Made by a program: the position numbers and the translations under genes. Under the pieces are notes generated by a model. It worked only from the letters and a program-made list of their open reading frames with translations. It was not told the DNA's origin and made no database searches. From the IMG/VR virus record IMGVR_UViG_3300042475_004151: 64,000 nt of DNA. One strand, given 5' to 3'. Numbering within the stretch: the first letter of the stretch is position 1; every line of letters starts with the position of its first letter. Source of the stretch: a virus. This document shows positions 9,842 to 17,986 of the stretch, piece after piece.

Positions 9842-10990
9842 TTATTTAGCCTCGGTCGAGAAAACAACATCCACAATCGCTTCAGCAGCTGAATTACTTA
9901 ATTTGAATTCACGATTAATATTATCTAATAAAAACTTTCTAACAATATCACCTTCTTTACCCGTTTTAAAATTAAGTCTCAACCCAGTACCAAACGATTT
10001 CCAATCTCGTTCCCACATTATACTCTTAGTTCTTAGTAGTTTTAATAGTCCTTTAAGGTTGGAATTATTATTTGTATAGTAACTAGGTCTGAATTTAGTT
10101 GTGTGGAACATTTCATTTAATAGGAATGCTATTGTTAATAATGTTGATTGATTTAGAACTAAATTAGACATCATTTCAAAACCTAATTTAATATTAGTTT
10201 CATCTTTACTAAACAACATATCTCTAAGTGTTTGAAGATATTCATCATCCAATTCAATTCCTTCCTTATTCAATTCAACAAATAAGTCTTCATCAAAAAC
10301 AAACTTAACATCACCATTAATGATATCATCAATTTGACTACATATCAACATCATTAATTCAACTAATTTATTTTCTCTATATGTTTTGAAAATTATCCCT
10401 TCAGTTGTGTGTATGTTATTATTATATATTTCTCTAACTCCCTGTTGTTTCTTTTCTAACTGTGGCCAATTAATACTTCCCATTCTACTAATATCCACAT
10501 AGGCTATATTACTTTTATCCTTGCTATTACTTATGATATTTAAATTTGTCTCATCATTTGAATTATTTCTTTTATCAAAAATAGATGTAACTTGTTTATT
10601 AAGAAAATCTTCATTAACAAATAAATGATTACCAAAATTTAATTTTCCAATTATATCATTAAAATAACCTTTATTTACTATAATAATATCTGCGGTATTT
10701 ACTTTAGATGTCTTCTTAAAATTATTTTCTTTAATATATTCTTTTAATTTGAAACGTGGTATTTCACTTGCTCTAGAAGCATATACAATACAATTCTTTT
10801 TTATAATTTTATTATTACTATTGCTAATTATTTTAATAGCATTTTTTAATTTAGTACTATCTACACTATTAATAAAATAATCTTCATTTCCCCAATAATG
10901 TGATGGTTTAAAACCTATACCAGTTAAGGTTTTATTTGAATGATAACTGGACCATTCTCCAAAAGTGACTGATGTTATTCTGTTTAACAT
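9842..10990 (-). CDS. Hypothetical protein with possible BRCT-like segment
   Basis: IPRFKLKEYIKENNFKKTSKVNTADIIIVN resembles a BRCT alpha1-beta2-beta3 pattern; upstream of VWA/AAA pair. Confidence 0.45.
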   Translation of the reverse strand: MLNRITSVTFGEWSSYHSNKTLTGIGFKPSHYWGNEDYFINSVDSTKLKNAIKIISNSNNKIIKKNCIVYASRASEIPRFKLKEYIKENNFKKTSKVNTADIIIVNKGYFNDIIGKLNFGNHLFVNEDFLNKQVTSIFDKRNNSNDETNLNIISNSKDKSNIAYVDISRMGSINWPQLEKKQQGVREIYNNNIHTTEGIIFKTYRENKLVELMMLICSQIDDIINGDVKFVFDEDLFVELNKEGIELDDEYLQTLRDMLFSKDETNIKLGFEMMSNLVLNQSTLLTIAFLLNEMFHTTKFRPSYYTNNNSNLKGLLKLLRTKSIMWERDWKSFGTGLRLNFKTGKEGDIVRKFLLDNINREFKLSNSAAEAIVDVVFSTEAK

Positions 10991-11035
10991 ATTTTTATAT
11001 TTTATTTTAATTTAATAATCGAATTGAGGTTAAAA

Positions 11036-11860
11036 TTATTCACTATCTTCTTCTTCATTTACAATTGAACCATAGTATATATGATCACTTTGTAACTCAT
11101 AACCAAACTTCATATCAACATTACCATTTCTATTCTTCATAAAGTTCATATATGTTCCACCACCATCACGATCACTTCTTCTTCTCATCTCCATCATTGC
11201 GTCTGTCATGTGTTTCAATTTATTTGAACCTACAAACTCACCTGATTTAGTTACTTGTTGAATTAATAAATGTGATGTGAATTTATCTTGTTTATTTTCA
11301 CCTTTATTATTCTTAACACATAAATCAACTAACCATGATTCAGCTTGTTTACGATCCCATTTATTATCATCTCTAACACCTTCTATTATTTCAGCAATTG
11401 AATCTATTAATACTAAATCCCAACCCATATCCATAACTTGTTCAATAACATCTTTTGTATTATGTTCTAAATAATCAGACATAAACAATGTTTGTATTTG
11501 ACCAAATTGTGGAAAACGTTGTGTATATTTAAACATTTGTTTTTTACCCATTTCACCTGAAATGAATAAACATTTTCTTCCACGATTTTGAACACCTGAT
11601 AAAACATCTAATAGTACAGTTGTTTTACCTACTCCTGGATCCCCTATACACATAATATTTGTAGCACATGGAACACCACCTTCGTGTGATATTAAACTAT
11701 CAATTGACATACCAGTTTTCATAGTTTCCATCATTCTTGGATCAATATCTAAATTATTCAATTTTATGATATCAAAACTAATTGGATTTGAAGTAGTAAC
11801 TGTAAAATTTGCTACTTGTTTTTTTGATGGTCTGCCTCTTTTTTTCATAATTGTGTTCAT
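11036..11860 (-). CDS. RadA/Sms-like RecA-family ATPase with N-terminal AT-hook
   Basis: GDPGVGKTT, FISGEM, LVLIDS, QVTKSGEFVGSNKLKHMTD, KNR; KRGRP at N-terminus; start reassigned to 11860, downstream of promoter. Confidence 0.8.
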   Translation of the reverse strand: MNTIMKKRGRPSKKQVANFTVTTSNPISFDIIKLNNLDIDPRMMETMKTGMSIDSLISHEGGVPCATNIMCIGDPGVGKTTVLLDVLSGVQNRGRKCLFISGEMGKKQMFKYTQRFPQFGQIQTLFMSDYLEHNTKDVIEQVMDMGWDLVLIDSIAEIIEGVRDDNKWDRKQAESWLVDLCVKNNKGENKQDKFTSHLLIQQVTKSGEFVGSNKLKHMTDAMMEMRRRSDRDGGGTYMNFMKNRNGNVDMKFGYELQSDHIYYGSIVNEEEDSE

Positions 11861-11878
11861 ACTTTTTATTTTATCTAA

Positions 11879-11905
11879 TAAATTTAACGTGTCAGTCGCG
11901 GTCAA
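11879..11905 (-). promoter_or_regulatory. Promoter TTGACC-N13-TAAATTTA
   Basis: Member of repeated motif family. Confidence 0.7.
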
Positions 11906-11909
11906 TCAA

Positions 11910-11969
11910 TTATTTATTTTCACTTAATAAACTATACATCAACAAAAACCATAATATTATAATAACCAT
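11910..11969 (-). CDS. 19-aa hydrophobic micropeptide MVIIILWFLLMYSLLSENK
   Basis: Directly downstream of tandem promoters at 11993-12081. Confidence 0.4.
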   Translation of the reverse strand: MVIIILWFLLMYSLLSENK

Positions 11970-11992
11970 ATCTCTTATTTCTTATTATATAA

Positions 11993-12097
11993 TAAAGATA
12001 GCAAGGGAGTCCGGGTCAATAAAGCCGAACTCCCGAAGATTCACCAAATTGTGATAAAGTTATCAAAGGAGTCCGGGTCAATAAAACCCGACTCTCT
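11993..12097 (-). promoter_or_regulatory. Two tandem TTGACC-N13-TAnnTTTA promoters, each with TTGACC inside an inverted repeat
   Basis: ggagtccgggtcaataaa repeated 62 bp apart; each followed by a complementary arm (gccgaactccc, acccgactc). Confidence 0.7.
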
Positions 12098-12115
12098 CTT
12101 ATAAAACGTTATAAA

Positions 12116-12307
12116 TTAATTATTTAGAAATTTATATGTACTATAATCATACTGTTTAATTATATCCATCGCGTTTATTATAGAAGATCTATCCTGATAT
12201 GATTGAGATACATTTAATTCTTTCATCCATATTTGAAAGTTTTTATCTCCCATTGTTTTGTTTCTTTCTTTTTCGATTTGTTCTAATCGTTCAACTGTAA
12301 TGTTCAT
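12116..12307 (-). CDS. Hypothetical protein
   Basis: Start reassigned to MNITVERLEQ after A-rich leader. Confidence 0.55.
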   Translation of the reverse strand: MNITVERLEQIEKERNKTMGDKNFQIWMKELNVSQSYQDRSSIINAMDIIKQYDYSTYKFLNN

Positions 12308-12323
12308 AACCTTTAATTTTAAA

Positions 12324-12488
12324 TTAAGAAAATAAATACTCAGCACACTCTGCATGCCTAGACATATTCATGTCATTAAAAACTTCAGTTACAACTGTTG
12401 GATTAGATATTTTAGTTAATTCTAAAACTTCTCTAACTACTGTAGATCCAAATACAGCTACTAGACAATACATTTTATTTAAATCCAT
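12324..12488 (-). CDS. Hypothetical 54-aa protein
   Basis: MDLNKMYCLVAVFGS...; not in ORF track. Confidence 0.45.
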   Translation of the reverse strand: MDLNKMYCLVAVFGSTVVREVLELTKISNPTVVTEVFNDMNMSRHAECAEYLFS

Positions 12489-12612
12489 GTTATTAAATTT
12501 TTATTCGTAAATTGTTATTGAACCGTCTTTATTTAACTTTAATCGTGATCGATGATATTTAGGCTTTTTACCTTTATATTTCACAATTATAATCTTTGGT
12601 TCTTCTGGTTTA

Positions 12613-12837
12613 TTATTTTTTAAGTTGTTCTTCACAAAATTCAATTAATTTTTTAGCTGTTTCTGATTCAATATCTAATTCTTCTTCATCACTATTCATG
12701 ATTATCCAATCATTAGTCAATTCTCCTTCAGCAAAGTGAATCCAATATTCTTCTCCTTTCCAATCAATTAACCATTTTCCAGTTATATATTGAGCATAAT
12801 CAATTACTTGCATTTCCATAAACTTATTTTTTAACAT
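12613..12837 (-). CDS. Hypothetical acidic protein
   Basis: ORF in small-gene array. Confidence 0.55.
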   Translation of the reverse strand: MLKNKFMEMQVIDYAQYITGKWLIDWKGEEYWIHFAEGELTNDWIIMNSDEEELDIESETAKKLIEFCEEQLKK

Positions 12838-13022
12838 ATATAATATTCCTTTAACATATCACTTTCAATAAGTTGCTTAATTTGTTTTTTAAGCTCCTCA
12901 TAATCAGCAGGTTTAGCTATCTGCCAAATTTCTAAAGTAGTATCAACGTGATCATCTTCTTGAAATATCTTAACACAAACCTGTTTACCTAAACATTCTT
13001 CTAATGTATAATCAAAATCCAT
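12831..13022 (-). CDS. Hypothetical protein
   Basis: ORF in small-gene array. Confidence 0.55.
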   Translation of the reverse strand: MDFDYTLEECLGKQVCVKIFQEDDHVDTTLEIWQIAKPADYEELKKQIKQLIESDMLKEYYIC

Positions 13023-13044
13023 AATCTTTATTTTATTTTTATTA

Positions 13045-13278
13045 TTAACGAATTCTTCTTACATCTGCTACTTTTGGTTTAGCATCATCAATATCCTTCT
13101 TAGCTCTACTTTCAGCATTCTTACGTTCCCAATATTTAAATTGTTCTGCAAGTGGTAACATTGTGGGTTCAAAATCTGGATGAGTCTCACTCATTTCTTG
13201 TTTGTTACGCTTAGCTGTTTTTTCAAACTTACTAATCATTCTTTCTTGGTCGGAGTTCTTGTCGTAATAAAATCCCAT
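13045..13278 (-). CDS. Hypothetical protein
   Basis: Own promoter (TAACC variant, 13303-13328). Confidence 0.6.
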   Translation of the reverse strand: MGFYYDKNSDQERMISKFEKTAKRNKQEMSETHPDFEPTMLPLAEQFKYWERKNAESRAKKDIDDAKPKVADVRRIR

Positions 13279-13325
13279 ACTTTTTTAATTTTTATTTATG
13301 ATTAAAGATAATAAATTAATTTCGG

Positions 13326-13577
13326 TTAATAATCTCCATATCTAGCAAAGGCACGCTTAAAATTCATTTCATGATTCAGCTTATCTTCTTTAAGTCGCTC
13401 CTTAAGCCATTCTTGATATTTAGCTAACTTATAAACCTCCTCACTAATCTTATCACTTAACAAATTTAAACGTTCACTCATACCAGGACTAAAATCTCTA
13501 CGATTAATAGTCTCAACACAATAATACAAATCATTCAATTCTTGTTGACTAAGTTCTATTCCGACTTTTTTGCTCAT
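13326..13577 (-). CDS. Hypothetical protein
   Basis: Own TTGACC promoter at 13595-13621. Confidence 0.6.
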   Translation of the reverse strand: MSKKVGIELSQQELNDLYYCVETINRRDFSPGMSERLNLLSDKISEEVYKLAKYQEWLKERLKEDKLNHEMNFKRAFARYGDY

Positions 13578-13621
13578 GTTTTCTTATTTATATATGAATA
13601 TACTAAACTAATTAGGGTCAA

Positions 13622-13765
13622 TTAAACATAAAACGTAACTAAATATTTACCATTTGGTGTTTTTCTATAACCAGCTTTAATTTTAGCAGCTGCTAATTTT
13701 GCTAACACCTCAGCTAATTCTTCTTGAGTATCAATTAACTTTCTAAATTCTTTAACGTTTATCAT
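13622..13765 (-). CDS. Hypothetical 47-aa protein
   Basis: MINVKEFRKLIDTQEELAEVLAKL...; own promoter at 13784-13809; not in ORF track. Confidence 0.6.
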   Translation of the reverse strand: MINVKEFRKLIDTQEELAEVLAKLAAAKIKAGYRKTPNGKYLVTFYV

Positions 13766-13806
13766 AACTTTTTATTTATATAGTAAATATAGTAAATTAA
13801 TTTGGG

Positions 13807-13995
13807 TCAGTTGGATTTAGCGTTTTTTCTTGGTTTTTTAACCATACTACCACTCACCTCACTCACAAGTGAAGGTATTGTTTGACCAACTCCAAGTTGT
13901 GTTTTAAACCATATCAAACCATCCTCCACTTTAATCACTTGATATTGGGTTTCATCTTTCGCGATTTTAATCCACGAGTTAATAGGTATATCCAT
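13807..13995 (-). CDS. Hypothetical protein
   Basis: Start reassigned to MDIPINSW. Confidence 0.55.
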   Translation of the reverse strand: MDIPINSWIKIAKDETQYQVIKVEDGLIWFKTQLGVGQTIPSLVSEVSGSMVKKPRKNAKSN

Positions 13996-13996
13996 A

Positions 13997-14443
13997 TTAA
14001 GCGGCTTTTTTATTGTTAACAAATGATTTACAAGCGTGTGTTTTCGCGTTTACTTGATTCCAAATGTTCCAATCAATCATTTTTGAAAATGCCTGGTGCA
14101 TATCACCTACAGTTATACTTTCTAAAATTGCCTTATCAATTGAATACCATTTACCACCTTTAGTTGTCAACACATGAAACCAATATGATCTACCTGATAT
14201 TAATCTTTCAACTTCAACTACAGTTGTGTGTTTAGATATATACCAAGCTAAATCTTTACCCGCACAACTTACATCTTTAATACATTGAAAACCTGCTTTT
14301 GCTTTTGCGGTCATTCTAAAATTGTAAACAATATCTTCTTTTAATAAATTTGACACACTAATATCCTGACCATTGATTCTAATTGAACCGTAAAAAATAT
14401 CACTTGTTAAATTTCCGGTGTTTACTTTGATTAAATTTTCCAT
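13997..14443 (-). CDS. Hypothetical protein
   Basis: 148-aa ORF with own promoter. Confidence 0.65.
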   Translation of the reverse strand: MENLIKVNTGNLTSDIFYGSIRINGQDISVSNLLKEDIVYNFRMTAKAKAGFQCIKDVSCAGKDLAWYISKHTTVVEVERLISGRSYWFHVLTTKGGKWYSIDKAILESITVGDMHQAFSKMIDWNIWNQVNAKTHACKSFVNNKKAA

Positions 14444-14466
14444 AACTTTTAATTTTTATTTATATC

Positions 14467-14493
14467 TAAATATAGTAATTAAGTTGCGGTCAA
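14467..14493 (-). promoter_or_regulatory. Promoter TTGACC-N13-TATATTTA
   Basis: Consensus copy abutting upstream TAA. Confidence 0.75.
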
Positions 14494-14721
14494 TTACCTA
14501 TAGTGTATAGTTACCCTTGTACACTTATACCCATATGAAACTGTTTCATATAATTTGACATCTAATGTTGGGTCAAGTGATTTGATATAGTTAAAAACTT
14601 CTACTGCATTAATAACCCTGATTTTAATTCGGCGGGTGCCGGATTTATAAAGGTCATTGTAAAACGCAAAATTTTCTCCAAATTTGTTTCTTAAAACAGG
14701 TCTTAATGTTTTCCAATTCAT
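14494..14721 (-). CDS. Hypothetical protein
   Basis: Own promoter. Confidence 0.6.
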   Translation of the reverse strand: MNWKTLRPVLRNKFGENFAFYNDLYKSGTRRIKIRVINAVEVFNYIKSLDPTLDVKLYETVSYGYKCTRVTIHYR

Positions 14722-14743
14722 AATCTTAATTTTTTATTATAAT

Positions 14744-14770
14744 TAAATATAGTAAACAAGTTGCGGTCAA
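14744..14770 (-). promoter_or_regulatory. Promoter TTGACC-N13-TATATTTA
   Basis: Consensus copy abutting upstream TAA. Confidence 0.75.
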
Positions 14771-14995
14771 TTAACAACCGGCCATTATTTCATTATGCTC
14801 ATCAATCTGGATTTGAATATGCCTAAATGAATCATAATTGTATGTAGTATCAAACCACTTACTATTATCATCCCAACCTTTGGGAAACATAGGTGCCAAA
14901 TCACTATCGGTAACTTTTGGGTTAATTAATTTGATAATCGCATCAAAATGGTTTTTTGGTAAACTCACTAAACTCTCTAATTTTTCTTTATACAT
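14771..14995 (-). CDS. Hypothetical protein
   Basis: Own promoter at 15018-15043. Confidence 0.6.
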   Translation of the reverse strand: MYKEKLESLVSLPKNHFDAIIKLINPKVTDSDLAPMFPKGWDDNSKWFDTTYNYDSFRHIQIQIDEHNEIMAGC

Positions 14996-15030
14996 AACTC
15001 TTAATTTTTATTATACCTAAATATACTGAA

Positions 15031-15189
15031 CTAGTCGCGGTCATTCTTCCATTTCTTAGCACCATCCTTAGATAGTTGTTTTTTCTTATCTGTGACTACT
15101 TTAGATGTAAATCTTCCATCATACGCTCCTTGGCTGACCATATCTCGGCGCTTAAAACTTAACTCAATATTTTTACTCTTATTTTTCAT
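15031..15189 (-). CDS. Small basic protein
   Basis: Start reassigned to MKNKSKN downstream of promoter 15195-15220; QGAYDGRF motif. Confidence 0.55.
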   Translation of the reverse strand: MKNKSKNIELSFKRRDMVSQGAYDGRFTSKVVTDKKKQLSKDGAKKWKNDRD

Positions 15190-15222
15190 ATAATTAAATA
15201 TAGCTAATGAGTCGCGGTCAGT

Positions 15223-15251
15223 AAAATAGCCGACCATAATTGGCCGGCTAT
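15223..15251 (-). terminator. Intrinsic terminator abutting TGACC promoter
   Basis: TAGCCGGCCA-ATTA-TGGTCGGCTA followed by TTTT. Confidence 0.65.
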
Positions 15252-15271
15252 ACACAGTATAAAAATTTATA

Positions 15272-15379
15272 CTATCTAAATTGCTTTAATATCGCGTTGT
15301 TTTGATCAATACGCTTCTTATGCTTCTTACCATTCTGTCTGGATTTCATTGGACGCCAAGTGTGTTTCGCTTTAGCCAT
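15272..15379 (-). CDS. 35-aa highly basic peptide MAKAKHTWRPMKSRQNGKKHKKRIDQNNAILKQFR
   Basis: Late-type ATATTTAT motif upstream and terminator downstream; not in ORF track. Confidence 0.5.
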   Translation of the reverse strand: MAKAKHTWRPMKSRQNGKKHKKRIDQNNAILKQFR

Positions 15380-15616
15380 GATTATTAATTTGGCATAAAT
15401 ATATACTTTCTCGTCGATGTAAAAATCCTAAAAAGAAGAGATTTATAATATTGAGTACTTGTGATGAAAATGGTTATATATAAGTATATATGCGTCGATG
15501 CGGAGATCTGTTTAAGATCGGTGAATACAGCCCCTTTTTACACGGGTCAACCACTGACGTCGATGGACCTCTATTACCGGGGGTCCTCTAACATCCCTTC
15601 ACCTCTAACACCCGCG

Positions 15617-15862
15617 TTAGAAATCTTCTTCTGCCTCTAACATCTCATCTATATCTAATGATCTCTCATATACACCAGCATCGATATCACCAATTAGTGT
15701 TTCCATTTCGTTTAATGCCGATTCGAGTTTAGATACTACACCATGATAGCTATCATCAATCAAAGCCTGGTTATCAGTGTTTCTTAGTTCACCGTCTAGA
15801 TTCTCATATAGCTCCTGTAGTTCAGCTTTCATCTCGTTGAGTTGTTGCTTAAGTTGATCCAT
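15617..15862 (-). CDS. Acidic coiled-coil protein
   Basis: 81 aa, very D/E-rich. Confidence 0.6.
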   Translation of the reverse strand: MDQLKQQLNEMKAELQELYENLDGELRNTDNQALIDDSYHGVVSKLESALNEMETLIGDIDAGVYERSLDIDEMLEAEEDF

Positions 15863-15893
15863 TGTATTATTTTTGCTTATACATATGTTAAAT

Positions 15894-15926
15894 AAAAATT
15901 GGGAGTAGCACCAACACCACCCCCAA
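15894..15926 (-). terminator. Intrinsic terminator
   Basis: TTGGGGGTGG...CTACTCCCAA followed by TTTTT after the AT-hook gene. Confidence 0.55.
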
Positions 15927-15949
15927 GCGTGAACACTTGTTCCCCGTCT

Positions 15950-16183
15950 TTAGATTGTCTCGTCAGCCGTCACTTCAGCCTTAGGCGCCTTAGACTTAAC
16001 AGTCTTCGTTTTAGCTACTACATCCACCTGGATTGTAACTGGATTCTTTGGACGGCCACGTTGTATTGTTCCGCCAGCTGCTACTTTAGCTGCACGCATC
16101 GCTAATACTGCCTGGCGCTTAGAACCTTCTACTGTTGGACGACCACGCTTTACTGATACTGTTTCTGTGTTTGTTTTAGACAT
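15950..16183 (-). CDS. Double AT-hook small basic DNA-binding protein
   Basis: KRGRP and QRGRP motifs, K/A-rich, short acidic tail; start reassigned to MSKTNT. Confidence 0.7.
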   Translation of the reverse strand: MSKTNTETVSVKRGRPTVEGSKRQAVLAMRAAKVAAGGTIQRGRPKNPVTIQVDVVAKTKTVKSKAPKAEVTADETI

Positions 16184-16260
16184 AACCTTGATTTTTATTG
16201 TTTGTGTTATTAAATACTTATTTATAATTAAATATACTATTCGTTTTCGGGTCAATCAAA

Positions 16261-16521
16261 TTAATCAACGTGCGCTTCATAATCTGGAATGAATTGTATA
16301 TGTGTTGCTATATCACACTCCATTGCTCTGAACAAATCAATTGTTCCATATATGCGTTCGAATATCTCTTCTACTATATCTGTTCTGATCATACCATCCA
16401 CTGTCCACGTATGTGAACTAAACTTATCTAATAATATGCTCGCTATGTCTTCATAGTCTCTATTTGTTAACCACTCGCATATTTGATTTAAATCCATCCT
16501 ATTATTTGTGTAACCGTTCAT
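16261..16521 (-). CDS. Hypothetical protein
   Basis: Own promoter at 16543-16568. Confidence 0.6.
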   Translation of the reverse strand: MNGYTNNRMDLNQICEWLTNRDYEDIASILLDKFSSHTWTVDGMIRTDIVEEIFERIYGTIDLFRAMECDIATHIQFIPDYEAHVD

Positions 16522-16573
16522 ATTTTAAATTTTTATTATAATTAAATATAGTGATTGTGTTGCGGTCAGTCAA

Positions 16574-16666
16574 TTATTTGATCCACGTCTCATAGAACGC
16601 TTTTGCTACTACATAACCGATTATACTTACTACACTTACTATTACTGCTTCTACTATTGTTATCAT
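16574..16666 (-). CDS. 30-aa single-TM peptide MITIVEAVIVSVVSIIGYVVAKAFYETWIK
   Basis: Downstream of hairpin-embedded promoter at 16685-16711. Confidence 0.5.
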   Translation of the reverse strand: MITIVEAVIVSVVSIIGYVVAKAFYETWIK

Positions 16667-16684
16667 GTGCTTCTTATTTATAAC

Positions 16685-16740
16685 TAAATATAGCATAGGG
16701 GTTCCGGTCAACCGCCTTAGCGGTCGCCGGACACCCTGCA
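16685..16740 (-). promoter_or_regulatory. TTGACC promoter overlapping a GC-rich nested hairpin
   Basis: gggg-ttccgg-tca-accgc-ctta-gcggt-cg-ccgg-ac-accc. Confidence 0.65.
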
Positions 16741-16760
16741 TTAAATCTGGCAGTACTTGA

Positions 16761-16991
16761 TTAAGCGAATTGCTCGTTCTTCTGACGTCTGCGAGTCAAC
16801 ATGTACATGGTATTTGCTACCGCGTCTGTTACTCTACGTGCACCACTGATCATGTTTGAGATGTGGCTAACTGAATACCCAGTCTCGTCCGCGATGCGAG
16901 TCACGTCGCCAGTGCGCTTACGATGAGTAAAAAAAGACAATTTCGCTGTACGGTTGAGGTAATTAGCCCTCACTTTTGTTTGATAACTCAT
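16761..16991 (-). CDS. Helix-turn-helix DNA-binding protein
   Basis: VTRIADETGYSVSHISNMISGAR Cro/XRE-like HTH. Confidence 0.75.
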   Translation of the reverse strand: MSYQTKVRANYLNRTAKLSFFTHRKRTGDVTRIADETGYSVSHISNMISGARRVTDAVANTMYMLTRRRQKNEQFA

Positions 16992-17281
16992 AACTGTTTG
17001 TTTTATTTTAAATTTTAATTATACTATAATATAACATCATTTTTTTAGGCAACCAAACTTAAGATATATACTTATATAGAGTCCCTGTAGTGGAAGACTT
17101 GGAGGCGTGCCCGAAAGGGGGGAACATAACACAAACATCACATACCCCATATCCAAATCACTTATCACATACCAATACGCACCTCACATACCACACATGC
17201 GTTTAACTCACCCGCTTACCACCCGTTATACTTGTTTGTCACCCTTTAATATCATCGATTTAAGCGCTTATTATTGCGTTT

Positions 17282-17530
17282 CTACCGCACTATTTTTATG
17301 TCAGCCGTCGTTTCAATTACCACTCTCGCACCACAACTCAATAACGGCTTAGCATCCACCCCATCACCCCCATACACTATCCTACTCGGTCCCATTATCT
17401 CTACCTCATTACAATACGTGTTTGTCTTACCTTGTTTAATTGTTATCACAGGTAATTTCGTCCCACGTTGTTTATTTGACCTAACATTATGTTGGTTAAC
17501 ATGTATTTTAGTTACTTGTTGCCTCGCCAT
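17282..17530 (-). CDS. Conserved phage protein
   Basis: IHVNQH...PVITIK...GPSRIVY...LSCGARV pattern recalled from other phages. Confidence 0.6.
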   Translation of the reverse strand: MARQQVTKIHVNQHNVRSNKQRGTKLPVITIKQGKTNTYCNEVEIMGPSRIVYGGDGVDAKPLLSCGARVVIETTADIKIVR

Positions 17531-17762
17531 TGTCCTTATTATCCTTAGTGTTGCTTAATTTTAATGTCGCACGTGATGTCTTATTTATCATAGACATTAT
17601 CTCATCCATCATCTTAGCTATCGTATACTCATATCCACCCATAGCCATCTTGATACACGTTGCGTTCTTATTTGATTCAGGTACATACACCGCCTCGATA
17701 AATTCTGAGTTGATGTATATTGTATTATTTGCCGTGTCCGTTAACTTGATTAAATTATTCAT
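17508..17762 (-). CDS. Hypothetical protein, FlbD-like
   Basis: LIKLT....IYINSEFIEAV pattern. Confidence 0.5.
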   Translation of the reverse strand: MNNLIKLTDTANNTIYINSEFIEAVYVPESNKNATCIKMAMGGYEYTIAKMMDEIMSMINKTSRATLKLSNTKDNKDNGEATSN

Positions 17763-17791
17763 TATATGTTTGTTTTTTTATTATTCCTGGG

Positions 17792-17986
17792 TTATAGTTT
17801 GTTGTTTATTATTATTGTTGCTATTTTATCTTGAGCCACTTGTACATCTTGATCAATTCTATCAATTCTAGCATTTAGATAGCCAACAGCAAATCCATTC
17901 ATCCATAGTTGTTTATCACTCTCCTCAAATCCATATTGGTATGTCCACTGTTTTTCAGCTAGTGCTTTAATTTGATCTGTTGTCAT
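17792..17986 (-). CDS. Hypothetical protein
   Basis: Coupled ORF. Confidence 0.5.
   Translation of the reverse strand: MTTDQIKALAEKQWTYQYGFEESDKQLWMNGFAVGYLNARIDRIDQDVQVAQDKIATIIINNKL

Noticed and set aside
13280-16711. CRISPR array or integron attC array interpretation of the repeated motif
   Set aside because: Repeats are degenerate, irregularly spaced, mostly non-palindromic and separated by whole genes; no cas operon or integrase in the window
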